Shown: in pieces, positions 1 to 10,365 of the stretch
Layout of the letters: each line of letters starts with the position of its first letter
Numbering within the stretch: position 1 is the first letter of the stretch
Source of the DNA: Candidatus Arthromitus sp. SFB-mouse-Japan
GTDB taxonomy: Bacteria; Bacillota; Clostridia; Clostridiales; Clostridiaceae
Reading direction: 5' to 3'
Assembly (NCBI RefSeq): GCF_000270205.1
Contig: NC_015913.1
Coordinates: 1,410,001-1,442,000 of the forward strand
Length of the DNA: 32,000 nucleotides
The notes under the pieces: generated by a model
What the model saw: the letters and a program-made list of their open reading frames with translations, nothing else
What the model was told of the DNA's origin: nothing
The model's database searches: none
Position numbers and translations under genes: made by a program

Positions 1-48
1 AGCACTCTTTTTAATAATCTTTTAAAATTAGTCAAAATATTAAATTTT

Positions 49-963
49 TTATTCTGCACCCTCTATATACTTTTCAGCCATGATTGAAGCTATCGCTCCG
101 TCAGATGCAGCTGTAACAATTTGTCTTAAAGGTTTTTGCCTTAGGTCTCCAGCAACAAATACTCCAGGTATATTTGTTTTCATGTCTTCTCCAGCTATAA
201 CATATCCTGCATCATCCAAATTAACCTTATCTTTTATAAGATTATTTATAGGATCCAATCCAACAAACACAAAACATCCTGCTACATCTAATTCACTTTG
301 TTCATTTGTAATTTTATTTCTTACAACTAATTTCTCTAAAACTCCATTCCCTTGCGCTTCTTCAACAACACTATTCACTATAAATTCAATCTTCTCATGC
401 TCTTGAGCTCTATTAAGCAATGATTTAGCCGCTCTAAATTCATCCCTTCTGTGAATAATTTTTATTGATTTTGCAAATCTTGTAAGAAATAATGCTTCTG
501 TTATAGCAGAATCTCCTCCTCCTATAACAGCTATATCCATTCCTTCAAAAAACGCCCCATCACAAGTTGCACAATAGGATACTCCCATACTCCTAAATTT
601 AACTTCGTTCTCAAATCCAGCAAGTCTTGGTTTTGCACCCATAGCTAATATAATAGATTTAGCTCTAAATTCATTCTCATAAGTTTTAACAATTTTTATT
701 TCAGAATCCAAAGTTAAATCATCAACATTTTCCTGTATTATTTCAACTCCAAAACTTATAGCTTGCTGTTTCATATACTCAGATAACTCAGGTCCTGTTA
801 CTTTAGCTATACCAGGATAATTCTCAACTTCATGAGTTGTAGAAACCTGACCACCAAAAGATTCCTTCTCAATTAAAAGAGTCCTAAGTTTCGCTCTACC
901 AGCATAAAGAGCGGCTGATAATCCAGCAGGACCAGCACCAATAATTATAATATCATAAATCAT
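49..963 (-). CDS. trxB: thioredoxin-disulfide reductase
   Basis: ORF 49..966. FAD GxGxxG motif ([19 protein letters not shown]), redox-active CATC ([11 protein letters not shown]), NADPH motif VIGGGDSA, C-terminal GVFVAGD. The track start at 966 is TTG; the adjacent ATG at 963 preceded by GAGGTGA is preferred. Confidence 0.9.
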   Translation of the reverse strand: MIYDIIIIGAGPAGLSAALYAGRAKLRTLLIEKESFGGQVSTTHEVENYPGIAKVTGPELSEYMKQQAISFGVEIIQENVDDLTLDSEIKIVKTYENEFRAKSIILAMGAKPRLAGFENEVKFRSMGVSYCATCDGAFFEGMDIAVIGGGDSAITEALFLTRFAKSIKIIHRRDEFRAAKSLLNRAQEHEKIEFIVNSVVEEAQGNGVLEKLVVRNKITNEQSELDVAGCFVFVGLDPINNLIKDKVNLDDAGYVIAGEDMKTNIPGVFVAGDLRQKPLRQIVTAASDGAIASIMAEKYIEGAE

Positions 964-975
964 CAATCATCACCT

Positions 976-1824
976 CTATATACATTTTATAGAAATACCT
1001 AAACTCTTACTTCCGCTATAGGCTCCAACTACACAGCCTGTATTTATACTATAATATTTATATTGATTTTTTTCAAGGTAATTTTTAAGAAGTCCTGTTA
1101 ACTCATCCTCATCAGAATGCGCTATATAAATAATACTACTATCATCCAAATTTTCTAACTCTAAAAAATTAATTAAATAGTCTAATATTTTCCGTTTCCT
1201 AATTATTTTTCCTATAAAAGTAACTTCCCCATCTACAATTCCAATAATAACTTTCATACGGGTTAATTTAGAAATTTTACCTAATGTTTTATTAACCTTT
1301 CCTGAAATAATCAAATTACTCATATCATTTACTATAGCTATAGATTTTACATTAGATATCCCATATCCAATATTCTTACAAATTTCTTCAAATTCACATC
1401 CATTTTTAACCATCTCAGCTGCTTCCACAACAATCATTGCAAGACCACTACTTAAATTCAAACTATCGTAAATATATATATCCTGAGTTTCTAATATATC
1501 CTTTGCAATAAACGCCGACTGACAAGTAAAACTAAATTTACTTGATATATGAATAGAGATAATTTTATACCCCTTTGTTAAATATTTCTCATATACTTCT
1601 TTAAAAACGTCAGGATTAGGGGGAGATGTAGTAGGAAAATCTCCACATTCCAAAATAATCTTATTTAATTCTTTAAAATTTATATCAACTCCATCTACAT
1701 AAGATTTAGAATCTATATTAACCGTTAATGGAACAACTTCAATATCTAGTTTTTCTATAATATCCTTAGATAAATCACATGTACTATCTGTAATAATTTT
1801 TATCTTATCCACGATATCCTCCAC
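976..1824 (-). CDS. DegV family fatty-acid-binding protein
   Basis: 282 aa. N-terminus KIKIITDSTCDLSKDIIEKLDIEVVPL and the length fit the DegV family. The track start is GTG directly after the trmL stop, so the exact start is uncertain (a second GTG lies 4 codons in, after GGAGGA). Confidence 0.8.
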   Translation of the reverse strand: MEDIVDKIKIITDSTCDLSKDIIEKLDIEVVPLTVNIDSKSYVDGVDINFKELNKIILECGDFPTTSPPNPDVFKEVYEKYLTKGYKIISIHISSKFSFTCQSAFIAKDILETQDIYIYDSLNLSSGLAMIVVEAAEMVKNGCEFEEICKNIGYGISNVKSIAIVNDMSNLIISGKVNKTLGKISKLTRMKVIIGIVDGEVTFIGKIIRKRKILDYLINFLELENLDDSSIIYIAHSDEDELTGLLKNYLEKNQYKYYSINTGCVVGAYSGSKSLGISIKCI

Positions 1825-2295
1825 TTACTTCATATTAGGAAATCCAACTTGCCTTAAGGCTTCATACAATACTATATTAGCTGTGTTTGCTACATTTAAA
1901 GATCTAGTCGTGGTATTTATCATCGGAATCCTTATCTTATTTTCATCCTTTATTATATCCATTATTTCCTCAGGCAATCCTTGTGATTCCTTACCAAATA
2001 AAAAACAATCCCCCTCCTTGAATATTGACTCAGTATAAAATTTCTTACCCTTAGTTGTGCATATATAAATGTTATGTTCTCTATATTTTTCATAAAAATC
2101 ATAGAAATTTTCATATAAATATAAATCTACTTCCTTCCAATAATCTAACCCTGCTCTCCTAACATTTTTATCATCTAAAGAAAAATTAAATGGCTTTATT
2201 AAATGCAACTTTGAATTCGTAAGTACACATGTTCTTCCTATATTTCCAGTATTTAAAGGTTTCTCAGGTTCAAATAATACTATATTAAAATTCAT
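1825..2295 (-). CDS. trmL: tRNA (cytidine/uridine-2'-O-)-methyltransferase, SpoU/TrmL type
   Basis: 156 aa. NIVLFEPEKPLNTGNIGRTC N-terminus, FGKESQGLP and C-terminal SLNVANTANIVLYEALRQ are typical SPOUT/TrmL motifs. ATG start at 2295. Confidence 0.8.
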   Translation of the reverse strand: MNFNIVLFEPEKPLNTGNIGRTCVLTNSKLHLIKPFNFSLDDKNVRRAGLDYWKEVDLYLYENFYDFYEKYREHNIYICTTKGKKFYTESIFKEGDCFLFGKESQGLPEEIMDIIKDENKIRIPMINTTTRSLNVANTANIVLYEALRQVGFPNMK

Positions 2296-2310
2296 TTTCT
2301 ACTTCCTTCC

Positions 2311-2350
2311 GTAAAAATAGAGGATTATATTTACAAATATAATCCTCTTT
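2311..2350 (-). terminator. intrinsic terminator downstream of the vanW-family gene
   Basis: Inverted repeat agaggattatatt / aatataatcctct (2319-2348), followed on the minus strand by ATTTTTAC. Confidence 0.6.
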
Positions 2351-2365
2351 AAATCAATATTAAAT

Positions 2366-3769
2366 CTATTTTGTTCCAACTCTAACAACTTTATCCTGCG
2401 GAGCATAGTAATCATTCCAGACATGTTTCTTCTCTATAACTTTACCAGTCTTCTTATCCTTAGAAACAAGATATACTTTAACTTTACTTCCATTAACTCC
2501 ATTTTTTTGAACAACTTGAGTTCCTTTAGCTAATGTATTATCATTAACGTATTTAGTAGAATAAGGAATTGACTCCTGAGTTTCAGCAACAGTTGAATAT
2601 GTCTTATCTACAGCTGTTACATCTCCATATATAGATACAGTAAGATTTCTTCCTTCTGTTGATATATCAATTAAGATTGGAAAACTATATGTATTTTTAA
2701 ATACATAATCAAGGCTTCCCCAAGCAACAGCAGCATCAAATCCAAGAGGCATATAAGACGTAGGAAGAGAATGATTTCTCCTCTGAGTAGGTATTATACC
2801 TGCTCTAACAACAGCTTGATGAAGAGTGCTAGATGTTTGACAAATGCCTCCACCTAAACCAGATTCATAAACATTGCCAACTATTATAGCCGCATCCTTA
2901 AATCCTCTCTCTCTAGTTCTTTGTCCAACTATTCTATTAAAACTAAAACTTTCTCCTGGCATAAGTATAGTTCCATTTATAAAGCTCGCAGAAAGTTCAA
3001 CATTAGTTGCCCTCTCAGAAGATGAACTTTTATATGATGTGGAATAAGATGAAAGTTTTCCATTTATTTTACCAAGAATATCAGATGTATATTTGGAGTT
3101 TAGACTTTTCGCACTTAAATTCATACCATTTTGAAAAGCCGATGATGGATCTGTATCACTTATCATACTTATAAGTGATTCCTTATCAATTTCAATACTA
3201 CTATAACTTTCCTTAACGATAACAGGTTGTCCATCTACTATAGATATCTCTGCATTAATGGGATCTACATTAAACCTATTTGATAATTTGTTATACAAAC
3301 TCTCCACTTGATAATCAGAAATATCAAATATTTCATTCAACTTAATATCTTTAATCTTTTGAGGATTCAAGATTTGATTTACTTTTTGAGTATAAGTTAA
3401 TCCATCTGAAAAACTAAATGCTTCATCTATAGCTCTATCATAATCATAAGTTATACCTAATTCATTACTCTGTATATCTATTCCTTTTCCATTTAATCTA
3501 AATTCAACAATATCGTTAGTTATACTACCAGAAAATTTTTCTACCAAAAAATCTTTAAGAGCCGATCTACTTAATCCACTTACATCTACATTATTAATTG
3601 TTACACCACTATAAACCTTACCTTCCCAACTGTTAACAAGACTTGAAATCCTATAATTTACAAAACTAATAGGAAAAACAATACTTAAAATAATCAAAAT
3701 AGTAAATATAACCGATGAGATACTTTTTTCTAATCGTAAATTTTTATATGTTTTTAGTATTTTATACAT
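2366..3769 (-). CDS. VanW family protein with N-terminal TM helix and C-terminal G5-like domain
   Basis: 467 aa. N-terminal hydrophobic helix (VIFTILIILSIVFPISFV), VanW-type core (GLGGGICQTSSTLHQAVVRAGI), G5-like tail (GTQVVQKNGVNGSKVKVY...VVRVGTK). Confidence 0.75.
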   Translation of the reverse strand: MYKILKTYKNLRLEKSISSVIFTILIILSIVFPISFVNYRISSLVNSWEGKVYSGVTINNVDVSGLSRSALKDFLVEKFSGSITNDIVEFRLNGKGIDIQSNELGITYDYDRAIDEAFSFSDGLTYTQKVNQILNPQKIKDIKLNEIFDISDYQVESLYNKLSNRFNVDPINAEISIVDGQPVIVKESYSSIEIDKESLISMISDTDPSSAFQNGMNLSAKSLNSKYTSDILGKINGKLSSYSTSYKSSSSERATNVELSASFINGTILMPGESFSFNRIVGQRTRERGFKDAAIIVGNVYESGLGGGICQTSSTLHQAVVRAGIIPTQRRNHSLPTSYMPLGFDAAVAWGSLDYVFKNTYSFPILIDISTEGRNLTVSIYGDVTAVDKTYSTVAETQESIPYSTKYVNDNTLAKGTQVVQKNGVNGSKVKVYLVSKDKKTGKVIEKKHVWNDYYAPQDKVVRVGTK

Positions 3770-3871
3770 CCTTATACTCCTAGATCTTAAATTAATTTAC
3801 AAATATGTTAGAATGATATCACAAATTAAATTATAATACTATAAAAAATACAAACCATTAAATGATTTGTA

Positions 3872-4774
3872 TTAAATATATTTATTATTAGAATTTTCTA
3901 TTATATTATCTAATAATGATTTGAAATCTAATCCTATAAGCCTAGCTATTTTAGGAAAAAGACTTCCTTCAGTCATTCCAGGTAATGTATTAATTTCAAG
4001 AAAATATGGAATTCCATCTCTCAATATGAAATCTACTCTCGAATAAACCCTACAATTCAAAACACTGTGACATTTTTTTGAAATTTCCTTAATCTTATTA
4101 TCTAACTCAACAGGTAAATCTATAGGTTCCTCAATAGTTGTATTATCATACTTAGACTTATAATTAAAAAAATCATTATTCCTAGGAACTATTTTAAGTA
4201 TTGGAAGCGACTCCCCATTTAATATTCCACAAGTTATTTCCTGTCCTCCTATAAATTCTTCAATTAACAGATGATCATCATATAAAAAGGACTCCTTTAC
4301 ATTTTCAAATAATTTATCTTTAGTTTTACAAATAACTACCCCAACACTAGATCCTCCAATATTTGGTTTAATAATAACTGGAAAATTTAAATCAATATTT
4401 AATAAATCATAATCCCTATCTACAATAATTCCCTTTGCCATAGGTATATCATAATCACTCAATACTTTCTTAACTAAATATTTATTCATACATAGTGAAC
4501 TAGTTAAAAAGTCAGATCCATTATATCTAATCCCCATAGCATCTAAAATACTCTGAACTTGTCCATCTTCACCAAATTCTCCATGTAAAGCAATAAATAC
4601 AAAATCAAATCCCTTACATTTAAACACATCCTCTTTATTATTTAACAATATCCCTTCAACATCATACTTTTCCTTATTTAATGCATAAATTATTTGTTTC
4701 CCTGTATTTATAGAAACTTCACGCTCAGATGATATCCCTCCATATAGAACACCTAATTTAAGTTTTTTACTCAT
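3872..4774 (-). CDS. ddl: D-alanine--D-alanine ligase
   Basis: 300 aa ATP-grasp protein. KLGVLYGGISSEREVS, ALHGEFGEDGQVQ and EINTLPGMT motifs are typical of Ddl. GGGAGAG SD before the ATG. Confidence 0.9.
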   Translation of the reverse strand: MSKKLKLGVLYGGISSEREVSINTGKQIIYALNKEKYDVEGILLNNKEDVFKCKGFDFVFIALHGEFGEDGQVQSILDAMGIRYNGSDFLTSSLCMNKYLVKKVLSDYDIPMAKGIIVDRDYDLLNIDLNFPVIIKPNIGGSSVGVVICKTKDKLFENVKESFLYDDHLLIEEFIGGQEITCGILNGESLPILKIVPRNNDFFNYKSKYDNTTIEEPIDLPVELDNKIKEISKKCHSVLNCRVYSRVDFILRDGIPYFLEINTLPGMTEGSLFPKIARLIGLDFKSLLDNIIENSNNKYI

Positions 4775-4785
4775 CCATACTCTCC

Positions 4786-5415
4786 CTAATTATTTTGTTT
4801 ATAATATTTACAATATTCACTTATTTTACATTCTCCACAATTTGGCTTCCTAGATGTACAGCATCTCCTTCCATGAAAAATAATAGTATGATGGCAAATT
4901 GTCCATAAATTTTCATCAATATTTTTCATAAGATCTAACTCGGTTTTCTCTGGAGTCGGTGAATTAGCTATACCTATTCTATTAGACACTCTAAATACAT
5001 GTACATCAACTGCAAAAGCTTGTACACCAAAACAGTTAGATATAACAACATTTGCAGTTTTACGCCCTACACCAGGTAAAGTTATCAATTCATCTCTAGT
5101 TCTGGGAACTTCGCTATCGAATCTTTCCTCTAAAATCCTACATAAATTTATAATATTTTTACTCTTCATCCTATATAATCCAATAGATTTTATCTTGTCT
5201 TGAAGCTCCTTCTCGTCTAATTTTAAAAAGTCTTCCAATCTTGGATATTCTATAAATAAATTCTTTGTCACCTCATTTACTTTTTTATCTGTAGTTTGAG
5301 CGGATAAAACCGTAGCTATAAGTAATTGAAATGGACTCTTATATTCAAGTTCACACCTAGCATCAGGATAACTCTCAATCAATTTATCTACTATAATCTT
5401 AAACTTCTTCTTCAT
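4786..5415 (-). CDS. nth: endonuclease III
   Basis: 209 aa. HhH-GPD motif LPGVGRKTANVV and C-terminal C-x6-C-x2-C-x5-C cluster (CTSRKPNCGECKISEYC). Confidence 0.9.
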   Translation of the reverse strand: MKKKFKIIVDKLIESYPDARCELEYKSPFQLLIATVLSAQTTDKKVNEVTKNLFIEYPRLEDFLKLDEKELQDKIKSIGLYRMKSKNIINLCRILEERFDSEVPRTRDELITLPGVGRKTANVVISNCFGVQAFAVDVHVFRVSNRIGIANSPTPEKTELDLMKNIDENLWTICHHTIIFHGRRCCTSRKPNCGECKISEYCKYYKQNN

Positions 5416-6133
5416 ATACCCCTCTATACTCTCTAGGAAGCATAATTGCTATCTTATGCATCAATGTATTTATAAATCTCCCTTCAAACTCTTCCTTAGT
5501 TTCACTTTTAATTTTCTCTGGAATATCTACTTTGTCCCCAATACTAACATATACATCGGCATTATTGAAAGTCTCATTATTCATATTACCATCTTTATCT
5601 ATTGGCATAAATTTTTCACTTCCATAAATAGCAATGGGGATAATTGGAACCTTACACAATTTCGCTATTAAATATATACCTTTTTTAGCTTTTATCATTT
5701 TCCCATCACGACTACGTGTACCCTCTGGAAAAATTAAAATATTATTTCCGCTTTTAACATGTTTTACTAAATTAGAAATTGCATTTTTATCAGGAGAAGA
5801 AGGAGTTATTTGTATATTTTTAACTATCTTACATCCTAAATTTGTCATCGGATCTTGCGTTAACTTAACTCCCATTATAAAGGTTACATCCTGATCTTTT
5901 AATACTTTATTTAATATAAGTCCATCTGCATTACTCAAATGATTGCAAATAAAAATAACAGGTTGTTTTATTTCTCTAAGTTTATCTTTACCTATAATTT
6001 TCAATTTTGCATATTTGTTTATGTATACATCCACACCAAAATTTACTATTTTCTTCATAATACTATCTGGTATTATTTTCTCTGAAAATAATATTATATT
6101 TATCAAAATTTTCATTAAAGATATCTTCTTCAT
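5399..6133 (-). CDS. 1-acyl-sn-glycerol-3-phosphate acyltransferase-like (lysophospholipid acyltransferase)
   Basis: 244 aa. H-x4-D motif NHLSNADG and FPEGTRS motif. Overlaps the nth start by 17 nt. Confidence 0.75.
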   Translation of the reverse strand: MKKISLMKILINIILFSEKIIPDSIMKKIVNFGVDVYINKYAKLKIIGKDKLREIKQPVIFICNHLSNADGLILNKVLKDQDVTFIMGVKLTQDPMTNLGCKIVKNIQITPSSPDKNAISNLVKHVKSGNNILIFPEGTRSRDGKMIKAKKGIYLIAKLCKVPIIPIAIYGSEKFMPIDKDGNMNNETFNNADVYVSIGDKVDIPEKIKSETKEEFEGRFINTLMHKIAIMLPREYRGVYEEEV

Positions 6134-6136
6134 TAC

Positions 6137-7162
6137 CTATTCCTCAAAATTATTATCTAAAAATAAATTCTTATAATTATTTAATTCATCATTATTCTCG
6201 AGAGATAATCTGCACAAAAAATCTTTATTATATCTATTTTTAATCAAAGAGTTCCTCTGCAAAATCTTTTTACCCCTCCATGAACAAGCAACTTTTTTAA
6301 AGTTTTTTTTAAAAAAACTATTATTCATATTTACAATATCTTCATCACTTATATTCTTAATAAACTCTAAAGCATCGAATCTATCTATACTAGAATACTC
6401 TACATTCTTATTTTTAGGACACTTATCCTGACATATATCACAACCAAAAATCATACCATTTAAACCCTCTATATCATGGAGTCCTAATTTCTTCTGCTGT
6501 GTTAAATTAGATACACAACATCTAAAATTTTTATCAAACAACACTTTATTTGGACATCTATGTAAGCACTTATTACATATACCACATTTTTCAAATAATC
6601 CTATATCATTAAATTTTTTTTCATAGTATTCACATGAATTTTTCATACTTAACTTCGCATTTGTTATAATTTCTCCTAAAAAAACATAAGATCCATATTT
6701 ACTTGTATAAACCATACTATTTCTACCAATATGACCAATACCACATAAATACGCTATATACCTCTCAGGTAAATTATTAGTATCACAAAATAATCTATAT
6801 TCATATCCACTTAATTCTATAAAATGAGATATCTTTTCCAAATACGACAAAACTACCTTATGGTAATCTTCACCTTGAGTATATTTAGAAAACATTTGAT
6901 TATAAGATGAATTCTCTCTGTAATACGGTACAGCAATGGAAATTATTGTTTCCCCATTTTCTAAATATAAAAAAGGGTTTATTCTATCTTCTATATCCAA
7001 ACTCTCAAACTCTGTTAAATATCTCCTATCACTTTTAATTTTTAAATAATCATATAATTCTATAAACTTTCTACACTCAGTAAAACCATACAAAATATCT
7101 AAAGAATTCATATAATCTATAAGTGTTTTTCTTAATTCATTATCCATTTTATTTATAATCAA
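6137..7162 (-). CDS. queG: tRNA epoxyqueuosine(34) reductase
   Basis: 341 aa. Two ferredoxin-type 4Fe-4S motifs (CGICNKCLHRCP, CDICQDKCP) in the QueG arrangement. Start ambiguous (TTG at 7162 or ATG at 7147). Confidence 0.75.
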   Translation of the reverse strand: MIINKMDNELRKTLIDYMNSLDILYGFTECRKFIELYDYLKIKSDRRYLTEFESLDIEDRINPFLYLENGETIISIAVPYYRENSSYNQMFSKYTQGEDYHKVVLSYLEKISHFIELSGYEYRLFCDTNNLPERYIAYLCGIGHIGRNSMVYTSKYGSYVFLGEIITNAKLSMKNSCEYYEKKFNDIGLFEKCGICNKCLHRCPNKVLFDKNFRCCVSNLTQQKKLGLHDIEGLNGMIFGCDICQDKCPKNKNVEYSSIDRFDALEFIKNISDEDIVNMNNSFFKKNFKKVACSWRGKKILQRNSLIKNRYNKDFLCRLSLENNDELNNYKNLFLDNNFEE

Positions 7163-7163
7163 C

Positions 7164-8420
7164 CTAAATCCTTAAAAATTCTTTCGTTAATATATCATGT
7201 ATAAATAATGATCCCCTTAATTTTCCAGAATTATCTATGACAGGAACAGTAACTAAATTATATTTTAAAAAAACTTCTACAGCTAGTTCTAAATCATAAT
7301 CATCATATACATATATAAATTCTTTATTCATTATTTCAAATACATTAACATTTTTATCTACAAATATTAGCGACTTAAAATCAACTACTCCTTTTAAAAT
7401 ATTATTTTCATCAAGTATATAGATACTATATAAATACTCTTCTCTAACTTTGGTATTCCTTATAATATCAATTATCTCACCAAGTTTTAAATTTATATTA
7501 AAGCCTATAAACTCAGTATTCATTATACTTCCAACCTTATTTTCAGCATAAGACATTATATTTCTTATATCATCGATATCACTTTTTTCCAAATTTATAA
7601 GTATTCTTTCCTTTAAAGATTCATCAACTTTCTCTAAAATATCAACAAGCTCATAGTTTGGAATATAATTAAGTATACTTATAACCTTAGAGTCACTTAA
7701 ATTTTTTATTATATCAATTCTCATATCTAAATCTTCCATCTCTTCTAGTATCTCACTAGCTAAATTATCATTAAAACTCTCAAATAATTTTTTTCTATCA
7801 TTATCATCTAAATCCTCAAGAATTTCAACAATATCAGCTGGATGCATTTTAGAAAGTTTAGACTGCGGTACTGATATAAGTAAACCATTTTCAATAAACT
7901 GAATTGATTCCATATCTTCCCACTTTATAACCGTATCTTCAAGATTCTTAAATATTTTATTTGTAAGTTTTTTAATAAATTTTGGAACATATTTTATATT
8001 ATACTTCCTTAAAAAAGTTGTAACCCCACTCTCAATGGCAACAACTCTAAGCTCATTTCCTATACTTGCTATATGAACATCTATTATTTTAACAACTTTT
8101 TTACCATTTATATCTATAATTTGTTTATTTAATATTTCTTTAGAAAGTCTGTACTTATAACTCTGAGGTATTATGTTAAAAACCCCCAATACTTTTATTA
8201 TAATATTGCGTTTATATCTATAGAATTTTATCTGTTTAAACTCATAATAAAAGTCCTCTCCATCCCTTAAAACTTTATATCCTATAGATAAAGGATATCC
8301 CTTCTCAGTTGAAATATAAATATCTTTTAATTTTCCTAAAATATCCCCAAACTCATCATAAATTTTTTTATTCAAAATATTCCTAAAATAAACTAAATTA
8401 AGTTTCTCCAACAAAATCAC
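7164..8420 (-). CDS. soluble PRC-barrel / MgtE N-terminal domain / CBS-pair protein (no transporter TM domain)
   Basis: 418 aa. Acidic helical repeat MHPADIVEILEDLDDNDRKKLFESF...SEILEEMEDLD typical of MgtE_N, followed by a CBS pair (VGSIMNTEFIGF..., VTVPVIDNSGKLRGSLFIHDIL). No hydrophobic C-terminal domain. Track start is GTG immediately after GGA; a TTG 2-3 codons downstream is also possible. Confidence 0.65.
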   Translation of the reverse strand: MILLEKLNLVYFRNILNKKIYDEFGDILGKLKDIYISTEKGYPLSIGYKVLRDGEDFYYEFKQIKFYRYKRNIIIKVLGVFNIIPQSYKYRLSKEILNKQIIDINGKKVVKIIDVHIASIGNELRVVAIESGVTTFLRKYNIKYVPKFIKKLTNKIFKNLEDTVIKWEDMESIQFIENGLLISVPQSKLSKMHPADIVEILEDLDDNDRKKLFESFNDNLASEILEEMEDLDMRIDIIKNLSDSKVISILNYIPNYELVDILEKVDESLKERILINLEKSDIDDIRNIMSYAENKVGSIMNTEFIGFNINLKLGEIIDIIRNTKVREEYLYSIYILDENNILKGVVDFKSLIFVDKNVNVFEIMNKEFIYVYDDYDLELAVEVFLKYNLVTVPVIDNSGKLRGSLFIHDILTKEFLRI

Positions 8421-8482
8421 TCCGTACTAATCTAATTAAAAATAGTAAATCAAGTAATTTAAATATAATTTATCATAAAATA

Positions 8483-8517
8483 AATAGGAATCTCAGCTAA
8501 ATAAAAAGATTCCTATT
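8483..8517 (-). terminator. hairpin downstream of the 137-aa ORF
   Basis: aataggaatc (8483-8492) pairs with gattcctatt (8508-8517). T-rich flanks on both strands. Confidence 0.45.
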
Positions 8518-8543
8518 TTTAAAATTTTTTATATAGAAGACAT

Positions 8544-8957
8544 CTATAAATTATTTTCAGATTTAATCAATGATACTGAATTATCTTTAGGTGAATATAT
8601 ACTTAAAAATTTATGCTTAAAATCAGTATCCAAATTAAGTAATAGTTCCTGTTCAATCTCAAGTTTTATAAAATCCCAATTTATAATTTCACACAAAACA
8701 TCGCATTTCATCTTTACATATCGCAAATAACATTGTTGAGCTTTACATATGGATTCAAGCAACGCATCTATTATACATCCCAGTTCCTCAACTTGCTTTA
8801 TAGCTCTCCTCTTTTTCCTCTTAGATATCAAAATATTTAAATTAATATCATTCAAAGTTGATACTAAATTCCTATAATTTATCACATAAATATCAAGCAT
8901 TTTTAACAAATTCACCAAATCATTATGATAAATATCTACGGCACTTTTATAAGACAT
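8544..8957 (-). CDS. hypothetical protein (no family recognised)
   Basis: 137-aa ORF with a basic patch KRKKRRAIK and several Cys. Has its own downstream hairpin and a divergent intergenic region. No motif I can assign. Confidence 0.4.
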   Translation of the reverse strand: MSYKSAVDIYHNDLVNLLKMLDIYVINYRNLVSTLNDINLNILISKRKKRRAIKQVEELGCIIDALLESICKAQQCYLRYVKMKCDVLCEIINWDFIKLEIEQELLLNLDTDFKHKFLSIYSPKDNSVSLIKSENNL

Positions 8958-9143
8958 AAGCCTAAATAATCCTTTAACACTCTTTGAATCTAAAGTATTA
9001 TATTTACCCTATTATATAAATGTGATACATAACCCAATAATAAATCCTATATATAGATTTGTTTATATACTTACATAATAATCTTATTTAAGACAATACT
9101 AATTTAGATTAATAATTTAAATATACGGAGGATAAACCTAAAG

Positions 9144-9785
9144 ATGCTTATAGTACTATCGCGAACTATAATAATTTTTGTCGTAATGTTTTTTACAATG
9201 AAGATGATGGGAAAAAGATATATAGCACAATTAGAACCCTATGAATTTGTCGTTTCCATAATGATTGCAGAACTTGCAACCCTTCCTCTCGAGGATGTAT
9301 CAATTCCTCTTTTGTATGGGATTATTTGTATTTTCACAATATTATTTATTGAATTTATTATTTCTCAAATTCAACTTAAAAATATAAAACTCAGAAAATT
9401 ATTTGGTGGTAAATCTGTTATTTTAGTCAAAGATGGCAAATTTATCAAAGAAAATTTGAAAAATGAAAAACTAACAATAAATGACGTATTAGAAGACTTA
9501 AGATCTGGTGGAAATTATGATCTATCTAAAATAGGTTTTGCTATACTAGAACGTAGTGGAAAAATAGCAGTTATACCAAAAAATAATGAAAATGAAAAAG
9601 TATATCTCCCAACCTCCATAATAATAGATGGAGAAATTGTGAAGGAAGGACTTAAATACATAAATAGAAATAATGACTGGCTTATGAAACAACTTAAAGA
9701 AAATAAAATAAAATCTCCAAAAGATGTACTCTATGCATATACAGACTCTAATGGTACATTTAAATACCAATTAGAAACAAAATAA
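9144..9785 (+). CDS. DUF421 (YetF-like) membrane protein
   Basis: 213 aa. N-terminus RTIIIFVVMFFTMKMMGKRYIAQLEPYEFVVSIMIAELAT is characteristic of DUF421. GGAGGA SD 10 nt upstream of the ATG. Confidence 0.75.
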   Translation: MLIVLSRTIIIFVVMFFTMKMMGKRYIAQLEPYEFVVSIMIAELATLPLEDVSIPLLYGIICIFTILFIEFIISQIQLKNIKLRKLFGGKSVILVKDGKFIKENLKNEKLTINDVLEDLRSGGNYDLSKIGFAILERSGKIAVIPKNNENEKVYLPTSIIIDGEIVKEGLKYINRNNDWLMKQLKENKIKSPKDVLYAYTDSNGTFKYQLETK

Positions 9786-9808
9786 TAGTTTGAAAAGGAA
9801 AATGCAGT

Positions 9809-10198
9809 ATGAAATTTAATATAAAAAATATATCAGTATATGGATCATATACCTTACTTATATTACTTATAATCTTTTCATTTTTGTATGTTAAGCAATC
9901 AACGTACCAGATAAATAAAAAACTTGATGTTATCAAAATATCTCTAGAAAACGATGACTGGGATTCTTCGATAAGTTTATTTAGTGAATTTGAACTAATG
10001 CATAAAAAAGAACTAGAGTGTTTCTCATTATTTTCAAATAAAAACGATTTACACGAAGTCTTATTATCAATTAAAGATATTTCTACAAATATGGCAATGA
10101 AAAATAGGGATATTTGTTTATCAAAAATTGAAATCCTAAAATTTTATATCGAACACATATATGATTCACAGATTCCTAAGATTAGAAATATATTATAA
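9809..10198 (+). CDS. DUF4363-like small membrane protein
   Basis: 129 aa. One N-terminal TM helix, an ENDDW motif and C-terminal LKFYIEHI...NIL. DUF4363 genes typically sit immediately downstream of DUF421 genes in Clostridia. Confidence 0.6.
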   Translation: MKFNIKNISVYGSYTLLILLIIFSFLYVKQSTYQINKKLDVIKISLENDDWDSSISLFSEFELMHKKELECFSLFSNKNDLHEVLLSIKDISTNMAMKNRDICLSKIEILKFYIEHIYDSQIPKIRNIL

Positions 10199-10294
10199 AA
10201 ATATTAACGATTTTTTAAATAATATTATTTAATTTTGTAATAATATTGTATGATAAAATTTTTACTTATCAATAAAATTTGGATTTTTTCTATT

Positions 10295-10322
10295 TTGATA
10301 TTATAATAAATAAGTAGATAAT
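10295..10322 (+). promoter_or_regulatory. candidate sigma-A promoter of fba
   Basis: TTGATA (10295-10300), 16-nt spacer, GATAAT (10317-10322), about 40 nt upstream of the fba ATG. Confidence 0.4.
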
Positions 10323-10365
10323 TTCATATACAAAGTTATAGTAATTTTTATTAGGGAGTGATTAT

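Noticed and set aside
7164-8420. Possibility that the MgtE_N-domain protein is a divergent FliG/switch component linked to the nearby fliF-fliE.
   Set aside because: It has a CBS pair and PRC-like N-terminal region, not FliG middle or C domains. It lies about 4 kb from fliE with unrelated genes of both orientations in between, and it sits in a housekeeping operon with queG.
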